Below are positions 49,455 through 58,362 of a DNA stretch of 64,000 nt, piece by piece. Numbering within the stretch: the stretch's first letter is position 1; each line of letters opens with the position of its first letter. The stretch spans positions 2,144,001-2,208,000 of the forward strand of contig OZ257156.1 in assembly GCA_965279375.1 (NCBI GenBank), given 5' to 3'. Both the position numbers and the translations under genes were made by a program. The notes beneath the pieces were generated by a model. That model was not told the origin of the DNA. It saw only the letters and a list, made by a program, of their open reading frames with translations, and did no database searches. Source of the DNA: Gemmatimonas sp. Lineage in GTDB: Bacteria; Gemmatimonadota; Gemmatimonadetes; Gemmatimonadales; Gemmatimonadaceae.

Positions 49455-50576
49455 ATGCTTACCACCAATGAACTCGCGCGCCGCGCGATCGGATCCTTAG
49501 GGCTGGTCGCCCTCGTCGCTTGCGACAAGCAGCCCGCGCCCGACGCTACGTCGTCAGGCGCTGACACCGCGGCACCCGGCGCCCTCGCCGCCGATGCGCT
49601 CAAGCCGACCGTCGTGACGCAAACGACGGCGAACGATTCTGACGATCCCGCCATCTGGATCGACACCGTCGACGCCAGCCGGTCACTCATCGTCGGCACC
49701 GACAAGGGCGACACCACCGGCGGCCTCTACGTCTTCACTCTCGATGGTCGCATCGACTCGGCGCGCACCCGTCGGCCGATGAAGCGTACCAACAACGTCG
49801 ACATCATCAGCGGCGTGAAGCTGGGCGGCGGCCTGATCGACATCGCCGTCACGACGGAACGTGGCGCGCAGGCGCTGCGGATCTTCCGGTTGCCCGACAT
49901 GACGCCCATCGACGGCGGCGGCATTCGCGTATTTGACGGTGACTCAACGCGGGCACCGATGGGCATCGCGCTGTACAAACGGGCGACTGACGGCACGGTG
50001 TTCGCGATCGTTGGCGGCAAGAGCGGCCCCGCCGACGGCTACCTGTGGCAGTACCGCTTGGTGGATGCTGGCAACGGTACACTGCGTGGCGAGAAAGCGC
50101 GTGCCTTCGGTGCCTACAGCGGCAAGAAGGAGATCGAGTCCATCGCCGTTGATCAGCAGTTGGGCTACGTGTACTACTCCGACGAAACGATGGGCATCCG
50201 GAAGTACTGGGCCGATCCTGATCACGCCGACGCCAGCAAGGAACTCGCGCTCTTCGCGACGACTGGCTACGTGCAGGATCACGAGGGGCTCGCCATCTAT
50301 CCCACCAGCGACTCCACGGGATTCCTGCTGGGTTCGGATCAGCAGGGACGCCGCTTGCAGGTATTTCGGCGTGAAGGTGACGCCGGCAACAAGCACGCGC
50401 ACACGGTCATCGCAACGATCCCCGTTTCGGCGGAGGAAACCGATGGGCTCGACGTGACGTCGCACGCACTCGGCCCCAAGTTTCCCGAAGGCATTCTCGT
50501 CATGATGTCCACCGACAAGACCTTCCACATCTACGATTGGCGCGACGTCGCCAAGCGTATCGCTGCCGGGAAATAG
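49455..50576 (+). CDS. Beta-propeller phytase (3-phytase), lipoprotein
   Basis: DSDDPAIW, GTDK, NNVD, EIESIAVD, DHEGLAIY, SDQ, ETDGLDV; LVAC lipobox. Confidence 0.9.
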   Translation: MLTTNELARRAIGSLGLVALVACDKQPAPDATSSGADTAAPGALAADALKPTVVTQTTANDSDDPAIWIDTVDASRSLIVGTDKGDTTGGLYVFTLDGRIDSARTRRPMKRTNNVDIISGVKLGGGLIDIAVTTERGAQALRIFRLPDMTPIDGGGIRVFDGDSTRAPMGIALYKRATDGTVFAIVGGKSGPADGYLWQYRLVDAGNGTLRGEKARAFGAYSGKKEIESIAVDQQLGYVYYSDETMGIRKYWADPDHADASKELALFATTGYVQDHEGLAIYPTSDSTGFLLGSDQQGRRLQVFRREGDAGNKHAHTVIATIPVSAEETDGLDVTSHALGPKFPEGILVMMSTDKTFHIYDWRDVAKRIAAGK

Positions 50577-50584
50577 TCTCCTTG

Positions 50585-51913
50585 ATGCACCGATCGTCGT
50601 TGGCCGTGCTGGGTGTGACGCGTCGTGTTGCGGTAGCGGCCGCCGTCTGCGGTGCGCTGCCCATTTGTTCGGTGGCTGCACAAGTCGCCGACAGTGCCGT
50701 GAAGCTTGCCGTCACGCTCGATCGCGCCGATTGGGTCTATCGCATCGGCGACAGCGCCACGTTTCGCGTGACGCTGCAGCGCAACGGGCGTGACATCCCC
50801 AACGCGCAGGTGGTCGTGTCGATGGCGCAGGAGCGCATGAAGCCGATGCGTGTGGACACGGTGCGTGGTACGAACGAGGGCGTCATGCTGCGCGGCGCGC
50901 TCGGTGTGCCTGGTTTTCTGCGTGCGACGGCGACGGCCAGGGTGGATGGCGCGACGTACACCGGCATGGCGACCGCAGGCTTCAACGTGGAGGCGATCGA
51001 TGCCAGCATCGCGATGCCCGACGACTTCATGGCGTTCTGGCAGCAGGCCATCGCCGACGCCCGGCGGACGCCACTCGCGCCCATCATGACGCGTCGCGCG
51101 GATTGGAGTACGCCGGAGGTGGATGTGTACCACATCTCCTTTCAGAACCAGAAGCCGACGAGTCGCATCTACGGCATGCTGAGTGTGCCCACCAAGCCCG
51201 GGAAGTACCCCGCGATTCTGCAGGTGCCGGGCGCTGGCGTGCGACCCTACTACCCGAGCGTGGAAACGGCGCGTAAGGGTGTCATCTATCTGTCGATTGG
51301 TATTCACGGCATTCCCGTGGACCGTGATTCGCTGCTCTACAACGAACTCCGTGCGACGGCGCTCGAGTCGTATTTCGCGGCGGGTATCGAAGATCGCGAC
51401 AGGTACTACTACAAGCGCGTGTTCGTGGGCGTGGTGCGCGCTGGCGATTTTCTCTTTTCGCTTCCGCAGTTTGATGGCAGCAACTATGCGGTCACTGGCG
51501 GCAGTCAGGGCGGCGCGCTCACCATCATGGCCGGTGTACTCGATCCTCGGGTGAAGGCGATCGCGGCCAGCTATCCCGCCATGTCCGATCAGTTGGGCTA
51601 CCTGCGTGGCCGAGCCGGCGGATGGCCGCATCTCTTCGCCGACACCAGCAAGATGCAGGCGATGAAGGAGAAGCTCGTCGCGCTCGGATACTACGACACC
51701 GACAACTTCGCACGTCTGCTGAAAGTGCCCGGGATCTATGCCTGGGGTTACAACGATACGACCGTCCCGCCTACCACCTCGTATGCCGTGTACAACCTGA
51801 TCACGGCCCAAAAGGAAAAGGTGATCACGGTGGAGATGGGGCACCTGCGTTCGGCCGAGCAGGTTCGCGTGATGGACAGGTGGTTGATGCACAAACTCGG
51901 CGTTGGCAAATAG
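50585..51913 (+). CDS. Acetylxylan esterase/cephalosporin-C deacetylase (CE7-like), secreted
   Basis: PDDF.AFW, PGAG, GGSQGG, D..VPP, MGH. Confidence 0.85.
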   Translation: MHRSSLAVLGVTRRVAVAAAVCGALPICSVAAQVADSAVKLAVTLDRADWVYRIGDSATFRVTLQRNGRDIPNAQVVVSMAQERMKPMRVDTVRGTNEGVMLRGALGVPGFLRATATARVDGATYTGMATAGFNVEAIDASIAMPDDFMAFWQQAIADARRTPLAPIMTRRADWSTPEVDVYHISFQNQKPTSRIYGMLSVPTKPGKYPAILQVPGAGVRPYYPSVETARKGVIYLSIGIHGIPVDRDSLLYNELRATALESYFAAGIEDRDRYYYKRVFVGVVRAGDFLFSLPQFDGSNYAVTGGSQGGALTIMAGVLDPRVKAIAASYPAMSDQLGYLRGRAGGWPHLFADTSKMQAMKEKLVALGYYDTDNFARLLKVPGIYAWGYNDTTVPPTTSYAVYNLITAQKEKVITVEMGHLRSAEQVRVMDRWLMHKLGVGK

Positions 51914-51974
51914 CAGCTGTGCCGCTGGATCGTAGCTCACGTATTCGCATACCTAACCAACGGAGACTTCGCAC

Positions 51975-52802
51975 ATGTCCTACGTGAATGTTGATGCCGA
52001 ACCGGCGACGGAGTTGTTCTACGTGGACATCGGCGAAGGACAGCCGGTGGTGCTCATTCACGGGTGGCCGCTGAGTCACCGCATGTGGGAGCGCCAGATC
52101 GATGCGCTGGTGGACGCGGGCTATCGCTGCATCGCGTACGATCGTCGCGGCTTCGGAGACAGCGGCAAGCCCGCCGGTGGCTACGACTACGACACCTTCG
52201 CGTCCGATCTCAATGACCTGATGCTCGCGCTCGATCTGTCCGAGGCGGTGCTGGTGGGCTTCTCGATGGGTGGTGGTGAAGTGGCGCGCTACATCGGCAC
52301 CTATGGCACCGAGCGTGTAGCCAAGGCGATCCTGTTGGGTGCGGTGCCGCCGTTCCTGCTGCAAACGGAGGACAATCCACAGGGTGCGCCGCAGGCCGTG
52401 TTTGACGGCATGATCGCGGGGGTCAAGCGCGATCGCTTGGGCTTCCTCGATGCGTTTTTCGCCAACTTCTACAACAGTGACGCCAACTATCCGGGCGTGA
52501 GTGCGGACCTCATCCCGTACAGCAAGTCCATCGCGTGGATCGCCTCGCCCATGGGGACCGCGGACTGCATCACAGCCTTTGGAACCACCGATTTCCGTGA
52601 CGACCTCGCGCAGATGGACGTGCCGCTGCTGGTGGTGCACGGTGACGCCGATCGCATCGTGCCCATCGATATCTCCGGCAGGAAGTCGGCAGCCATGGTG
52701 GAAGGCAGCCGGTTTGAAGTGCTCGCCGGTGCGCCGCACGGTTTTGCTGCCACGCACGCTGATCAGCTTAACGCGTTGATGCTCGATTTCCTGAAGAGCT
52801 AG
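51975..52802 (+). CDS. Non-heme chloroperoxidase/arylesterase-type alpha/beta-hydrolase
   Basis: HGWPL, YDRRGFG.S, GFSMGGGE, HGDAD.IVP, GAPHG. Confidence 0.92.
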   Translation: MSYVNVDAEPATELFYVDIGEGQPVVLIHGWPLSHRMWERQIDALVDAGYRCIAYDRRGFGDSGKPAGGYDYDTFASDLNDLMLALDLSEAVLVGFSMGGGEVARYIGTYGTERVAKAILLGAVPPFLLQTEDNPQGAPQAVFDGMIAGVKRDRLGFLDAFFANFYNSDANYPGVSADLIPYSKSIAWIASPMGTADCITAFGTTDFRDDLAQMDVPLLVVHGDADRIVPIDISGRKSAAMVEGSRFEVLAGAPHGFAATHADQLNALMLDFLKS

Positions 52803-52846
52803 ATTCTCCCATCCCCAGCGATCCGCTCCCACCACTCTCGCCGCTC

Positions 52847-53398
52847 ATGCCTGACCAAAAAGTCCGCTCCTTCGTTGCTGCCTCCGCACTCGCGGCAGCT
52901 GCGGCGCTGCTGTTCATGCCGCGTGTCGTCCTGTCGCAGGGCGCCCCCGATCCCGCCATCAGCGCCATTCGCACCCAGTGGCAGGGGGCCATCGACAACA
53001 TCACCAAGGCCGCCGAGGAACTCACCGACGCGGAGTATGCGTATCGCCCGATCGCCGGTGTGCGTTCGTTCGGCGAGTTGGTGGGGCATGTCGCCGGCAC
53101 GCAAAACATGATCTGCGCGGCGGTATTGGGCGACAAGCAGCCCGCCGAAGACGCCATCGAGAAGTCGGCCAAGACCAAGGCCGCGCTGGTGGCGGCGCTC
53201 AAGGCATCTACGGCCTACTGCAACAAAGCCTACGCCATCACGGCGGCGCAGGGCACGGCGATGGTGGACATGTTCGGCGACAAGAGCACGAAGGTTGGCG
53301 CGTTGGCGCTCAACGCCGTGCACGACGGTGAGCACTACGGCAACATCGTCACGTACATGCGTATGCAGGGGAAGGTGCCGCCCAGCAGCAAGCGGTAG
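52847..53398 (+). CDS. DinB-family protein, secreted
   Basis: RSFGELVGH, HDGEHYG, Y.R..G.VPPSS. Confidence 0.85.
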   Translation: MPDQKVRSFVAASALAAAAALLFMPRVVLSQGAPDPAISAIRTQWQGAIDNITKAAEELTDAEYAYRPIAGVRSFGELVGHVAGTQNMICAAVLGDKQPAEDAIEKSAKTKAALVAALKASTAYCNKAYAITAAQGTAMVDMFGDKSTKVGALALNAVHDGEHYGNIVTYMRMQGKVPPSSKR

Positions 53399-53417
53399 GA
53401 GCTGTCGTGCGATCGAC

Positions 53418-53453
53418 AAAGCGCCCTGACGCAGCTCGCGTCAGGGCGCTTTT
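53418..53453. terminator. Intrinsic terminator, possibly bidirectional
   Basis: AAAGCGCCCTGACGC-agctc-GCGTCAGGGCGCTTTT between convergent genes. Confidence 0.8.
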
Positions 53454-53498
53454 GCTAGTTCCGCACTGTCTAACCGCGCTCTGCAGCGGGGGTCGCGC

Positions 53499-53891
53499 TC
53501 ACGGCATCAACCGCGCCCACTGCTCCGTGTCGGTGTACTGCTGGAACGACACGATGTGTCCGCCCTCGAAGCGATACGCGTGTGCGAACTGCGCGTCGAG
53601 CTTGGCACCACTGTGCTTCATCGTGCCGCCGTAGCGTCCGTACACGATGACATCATCGCCGCCATCCACGAAGCGGTTTGGCACGGCCGAGAATCCGTCG
53701 ATTGCCGCGAGCAGCCGACCAAAGACACCGCCGCCGATTGCCTCGGCGCCGACGTACGGGTTGCGATCGGCCAGCGGATTACCCTCCGCCTCATGCCAGT
53801 GAATGTCGGGCGCCATCGCGCCGAACAGTACGGAGGGATCATTCTTCGCGAAGGCCGCGTACGCAGCCTGGATCGTTTCGAAGTTGGACAT
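53499..53891 (-). CDS. SnoaL/NTF2-like protein
   Basis: AYAAF..D, APDIHW.EAEG, FQQYTDT. Confidence 0.85.
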   Translation of the reverse strand: MSNFETIQAAYAAFAKNDPSVLFGAMAPDIHWHEAEGNPLADRNPYVGAEAIGGGVFGRLLAAIDGFSAVPNRFVDGGDDVIVYGRYGGTMKHSGAKLDAQFAHAYRFEGGHIVSFQQYTDTEQWARLMP

Positions 53892-54032
53892 GGGCAAGTC
53901 CTGTCGCTTGGCGAAACGTGATATCGATGTCATGCGCGCGCATGACTTGCGTCACGGAGGGTCCGTAGTTCGCGCGGGGTAATTGACTCGTGCTGGCGGT
54001 GGGCGCAAGAAGGACACCGCCGTACGAGGTCT

Positions 54033-54476
54033 CTACTCCAACAACGCCCGCTCCGCCGCCGCCAGCTCCTGCAGAAACGCCGTCGCCTGCGTCCCCGTCA
54101 TCTGCCCGGGATCGAACACCGTCGACCCCGAGTGCTTGAGCAGCATCACCTCACGCGCCTTGCTCGCACTCGCCGCATCCGTCCAGTCGATGATCTTCAT
54201 CGACCACTCGGCGAAGTCACGCGTGCTGATCTCATCCACGCACAACAACGTGCACGCCGTGTGGCGCGCGTCGCGCGCGATGTGGTGGTAGAGCGCGTTC
54301 ACCGCCCCCCGCTCACCCTCGAGTGCCTGCAGGAACTGCCCGCCGCCGTAGCAAAGCATCCCCGTGATGCCACGCGCGCGGTTCTGCTCCGCCGCCTTCT
54401 CCATGATCGTGAGAAAGTCGCGGTAGCCCAGCCCGTCCACCGCAGTGCTCGAATAGATCAGTCGGATCGTATGCAT
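54033..54476 (-). CDS. Stand-alone BLUF blue-light sensor
   Basis: LIYSS (Tyr), N...GITGML, FLQALEG (Gln), I.RD.RH, F..WSM. Confidence 0.92.
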   Translation of the reverse strand: MHTIRLIYSSTAVDGLGYRDFLTIMEKAAEQNRARGITGMLCYGGGQFLQALEGERGAVNALYHHIARDARHTACTLLCVDEISTRDFAEWSMKIIDWTDAASASKAREVMLLKHSGSTVFDPGQMTGTQATAFLQELAAAERALLE

Positions 54477-54589
54477 GGGTGCAATGAAGGTACGCCGACA
54501 GTCATCGGCAACCCTGTGCGAGCGCCCCTGAAATGGGCGCCGCCGAGGCCTCCCTCGTGGACGAGACACTGGAGTCGCTACCTTCCAGC

Positions 54590-54964
54590 ATGGAGATCTT
54601 CAAGGAATTTACCCTCGAGGCCGCCCACCGCCTCCCTAACGTGCCGCCCGGACACAAGTGTGCCCGTCTGCACGGCCACTCGTTTCGCGTTGCGGTCTAC
54701 GTGGGTGGCGCCGTCGGCGCAGACTCGGGCTGGGTGCTCGACTTCGCCGACCTCAAGGCTGCCTTCGCGCCCATCGACGCCCAGCTCGATCACCACTACC
54801 TCAACGACGTCCCCGGCCTCGAGAACCCAACCAGTGAGAACCTTGCACGCTGGATCTGGGATCGGCTGATCGACGCACTCCCGGGCCTCTCGCGTGTAGT
54901 CGTGCGCGAGACGTGCACCTCTGGCTGTGAGTACCGCGGCCCCCGCGGCCACTCACCAGCGTGA
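54590..54964 (+). CDS. queD: 6-carboxy-5,6,7,8-tetrahydropterin synthase
   Basis: [37 protein letters not shown]. Confidence 0.95.
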   Translation: MEIFKEFTLEAAHRLPNVPPGHKCARLHGHSFRVAVYVGGAVGADSGWVLDFADLKAAFAPIDAQLDHHYLNDVPGLENPTSENLARWIWDRLIDALPGLSRVVVRETCTSGCEYRGPRGHSPA

Positions 54965-56046
54965 CTCGCGTGGCGCGACCACGCGGTGCGGTGTCACGCA
55001 GTGTTGCCGCGCTCTGCGTAGCCGCCTCGCTCGTCGCCTCGACAGTCGCGTCGTCGACGCTCTCTGCGCAGCGCCCGAGCGCTCCGGCCGGCACCGATAC
55101 CCGCAACACGCCACCCGCCCCCCGTAACAAGTCCTGGCGTCTCACCTGGCGCGATGAGTTTTCCGCGCGCCGCCTCGACACCACGCGCTGGGCCCACGAC
55201 ACAGGCAACGGGTTCTATCTCCCGAGTGAATCACGCTTCGTTTCCGGCTGGGGAAACGACGAGTTAGAGTGCTACACGCGCGACAGCGCGAACGCGTTCG
55301 TCCAAGGCGGCCTGCTGCATCTCCGCGCGATCGCCAGCGCCCGGCCCGGCTGCGCGTACACCTCGGCGCGACTCAAGACGCGCCACCCTGATGGCCACGC
55401 GCTCTTCGCGCAGCGCTACGGACGCTTCGAGTTCCGCGCCAAGCTGCCGCTCGGCCAAGGCCTGTGGTCCGCACTCTGGATGCTCCCGCTGCGCGATACG
55501 TACGACACCTGGGCGGCCTCCGGCGAAATCGACATCATGGAAGCGCGTGGTCAGGAACCTGGACGCGTGCTAGGCACCCTCCACTACGGCGCGCCGTCGC
55601 CCGCCAACGCCTTCACCGAGGGGCACTACGACTTCTCGCGAGGGAAGGGCATCGGTGACTGGCACGTGTACGCTGTGGAGTGGGAGCCGGGGCGCATACG
55701 CTGGCTCATCGACGACGTGGTCTACCAGACGCAGGATTTCTGGTGGAGCGCGAGCACTCGCGAGTCCAAGCTGGACGCTGGCAGCCGAGCGCCCCTTGGC
55801 CGCTCCCCGCGCGACAGCAGCGAACTCAACGCGTGGCCCGCGCCCTTCGACCAGCCTTTCTACCTGGTCATGAATCTCGCGGTCGGCGGACGCTTCCTCG
55901 GCAATCCCGACTCGACGACGGTTTTCCCCGCCGAGATGCTGGTGGACTACGTGCGTGTCTATCAGCGCCGACCGACAACTTCCACACGCGCCACAGACGT
56001 GCCCCCTCGAGGCACCGGCACACTGCCGTATAACAAGCGGCCATAG
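54961..56046 (+). CDS. Glycoside hydrolase family 16 (laminarinase-like)
   Basis: [32 protein letters not shown] catalytic motif, [16 protein letters not shown]. Confidence 0.92.
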   Translation: MTRVARPRGAVSRSVAALCVAASLVASTVASSTLSAQRPSAPAGTDTRNTPPAPRNKSWRLTWRDEFSARRLDTTRWAHDTGNGFYLPSESRFVSGWGNDELECYTRDSANAFVQGGLLHLRAIASARPGCAYTSARLKTRHPDGHALFAQRYGRFEFRAKLPLGQGLWSALWMLPLRDTYDTWAASGEIDIMEARGQEPGRVLGTLHYGAPSPANAFTEGHYDFSRGKGIGDWHVYAVEWEPGRIRWLIDDVVYQTQDFWWSASTRESKLDAGSRAPLGRSPRDSSELNAWPAPFDQPFYLVMNLAVGGRFLGNPDSTTVFPAEMLVDYVRVYQRRPTTSTRATDVPPRGTGTLPYNKRP

Positions 56047-56211
56047 CCGTCACTCGTCGCTCGCACCGGTCGCTCGCAGCCGTAGGTCAGTCGGCCCATG
56101 GGTCAATCAGATCGTGCGCTCTCGACCGACAGCGCGCATATTCTGCGCGCCGGGACAAGTTGCTCGCGATGTGGCGGGTTCCCGGTGTCGGGCCCCTCAA
56201 CAGGAGCAGGT

Positions 56212-58362
56212 GTGGAGTACATCGATTTCGAGCTGCGGATTTCGGGCAGTGCAGCGACCGGTTATCCCGTCGAGGTCACGCGCGCGCCAGCCGGCGAGGA
56301 CGCGAAGGGCACGCTTACGCTGCCGTACGATGAGCAGGCGCTCAACTACACACTCCTCGGCCTCAAGCTGGCCGTCCAAAGCTCTGGCTCCACGCGGCGC
56401 AGCGGTGGTGTCGATGAAGACGCCGTCTCCCCCAAGGATTTCGGACATGCGCTGTACAACGCGCTGACGCAATCCGCCGACATCAAGGGAGCCATCGCGC
56501 GCAGCAAGGACGTCGCGCGCGAGCGTGGGCAGGGGCTCCGCATCCGGCTCCGCATCGAGTCGCCCGAGTTGGCCGCGCTGCCGTGGGAATTTCTCAAGGA
56601 TCCCAACGAGCGCGAGTTCATGGCGCTCTCCCAGTGGTCACCGGTCGTCCGCTACATCCGCACCGACGATGCCACGCGCACGAGTGCCGTCACCGGCGCG
56701 GTTCGCGTGCTCGCGATGATCTCGTCCCCGTCAGACGAGCCCACGCTCGACGTCGAGGCCGAGAAGGCGCGCATCATGAGTGCGACGGCCGATCTGCGGC
56801 AACGTGGCCTGCTCGATATTCAGTGGATGACCGGCTCCACTTGGGGCGACCTGCAGGACAAGTTGATGAGCGAAGATCCGCACATCTTCCACTACATCGG
56901 TCACGGCGGCTTCGACAGGAAGCGCGGCGAAGGCGTCCTCGTCTTCACCGATGAACGCGGCCGCTCCGCACAGATGGGCGCTGCCGAAGTGGCGCGCCTG
57001 CTCGCCGACGAACGCTCGCTCCGGCTGGTGGTGCTCAACTCATGTCTCGGCGCACTCGGCGATCGTACCAATCTCTTCTCCAGCACCGCCGCCACGCTGG
57101 TCGATCGCGGTATCCCGGCCGTCATCGCCATGCAGTACGAAATCAGCGACGACGCCGCCAAGCGCTTTTCCGAAGTGCTCTACAAGGCCATCGCCACAGG
57201 CCTGCCGGTAGATGCGGCGATGTCGGAAGCGCGCAAGGCGGTCAGTGTGCACAAGCGCGACTCCATCGAGTGGGCCACGCCGGTGCTGCACATGCGTGCG
57301 CCGACGGGACGGCTGTTCGACGTGAGTGCGAGTGCGATCGCACATCAGCAGACCACGCCGTCAGTTGAGGTACCCGCAGTTTCGCTTCCGGTCGCTCTGG
57401 GATCGTCGAGCGCGCCACCGTCAACGCAAGCGGCCAACTTTGCGGCGGTTGCGTCGACGCCAGGCGCGCCCGCTCCCGAGGCGCCCAAGCCCAAGCCCGC
57501 GCTCGACACCAAGGAGTTCGAGAAGCGTGTGCGTGAGGAAGTCGCAGTGCGAACGGCGACTCCGGCGAAGCCCGTCGCACCAGCAAAGGCGAATGACGGC
57601 CCAACACGCCTCAATATCGAAGCCAACGTCAACACGTCGGCGCTCGGCAGCTGGGCCAAGCGCATCGCGATCGGCGTGGGCGTTGTGGCGACGCTGATCG
57701 TCGGCGCTGCGTTGATGTCGGACTCCGATCCGGCCGCTGCTGATCAGGGCGCTGCTCCGGCTACCGATGCTGCGGCGCCTCCATCCACCACCGCCGCCTC
57801 GACGGAAGCGTTTGAGTGGATCAACGACGGCTTCGAAGGCACGTGGGCGATGTCAGCCTTCGACAAGGATGGCTGCGCGCTCGAGCATCGCTCCCCGGGC
57901 TATCATCTCACCGCAAGAATCGAAGACGGCTGCAGCGTACCACTCGGTACCGAGCTCCCGGAGCGCGTGCGGCTCTCCGTCGTGCTGGAGCAGGAAGAGC
58001 GCGACATGGTCGGCGGCATCCGACTCGGTATCGACAGCGATACGGTGGGCTTCATCGCCGTTTCGATGGATTCGCGAAATCGTGCACTGCGGGTGGATGA
58101 GCTGGACAACAAGGGCCAGTGGTCTACCGTCGGACCGCGGGGGCAGACGATCACCGAGGCGATTGCCATGAACAAGAATGCGTTGGTGATCGACGTGCTC
58201 AACGACACGATCGCCATCGCGATCAATGGCAAACCGGTGTTCAGGCAGGTTGCCAAGTCGAGGATTTCCGGTTTGGCGGAAGTCTTCGTGATGGGGGCGA
58301 CGGGTCAGATGACGCGACGAGACATCTTCTTCTCCAACATCAAGGCCGTCTCTCTCCCCTAG
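56212..58362 (+). CDS. CHAT (caspase-like) domain protein with TM helix and C-terminal beta domain
   Basis: LPWEFL, HIFHYIGHG (His), LVVLNSC (Cys), AVIAMQY.I.D, EWATPVL; AGGAG RBS before GTG 56212. Confidence 0.88.
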   Translation: MEYIDFELRISGSAATGYPVEVTRAPAGEDAKGTLTLPYDEQALNYTLLGLKLAVQSSGSTRRSGGVDEDAVSPKDFGHALYNALTQSADIKGAIARSKDVARERGQGLRIRLRIESPELAALPWEFLKDPNEREFMALSQWSPVVRYIRTDDATRTSAVTGAVRVLAMISSPSDEPTLDVEAEKARIMSATADLRQRGLLDIQWMTGSTWGDLQDKLMSEDPHIFHYIGHGGFDRKRGEGVLVFTDERGRSAQMGAAEVARLLADERSLRLVVLNSCLGALGDRTNLFSSTAATLVDRGIPAVIAMQYEISDDAAKRFSEVLYKAIATGLPVDAAMSEARKAVSVHKRDSIEWATPVLHMRAPTGRLFDVSASAIAHQQTTPSVEVPAVSLPVALGSSSAPPSTQAANFAAVASTPGAPAPEAPKPKPALDTKEFEKRVREEVAVRTATPAKPVAPAKANDGPTRLNIEANVNTSALGSWAKRIAIGVGVVATLIVGAALMSDSDPAAADQGAAPATDAAAPPSTTAASTEAFEWINDGFEGTWAMSAFDKDGCALEHRSPGYHLTARIEDGCSVPLGTELPERVRLSVVLEQEERDMVGGIRLGIDSDTVGFIAVSMDSRNRALRVDELDNKGQWSTVGPRGQTITEAIAMNKNALVIDVLNDTIAIAINGKPVFRQVAKSRISGLAEVFVMGATGQMTRRDIFFSNIKAVSLP

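Noticed and set aside
39078..49717. Long N-terminal extensions in the ORF track (to 41303, 45492, 49717)
   Set aside because: They overlap divergent genes; downstream starts (40607, 45051, 49294) give plausible signal peptides.
54590..54964. queD as part of a 7-deazaguanine DNA-modification (dpd) system with EVE and R-M genes
   Set aside because: No dpdA/tgt, queC, queE or folE nearby, and the genes are scattered; housekeeping queD is simpler.
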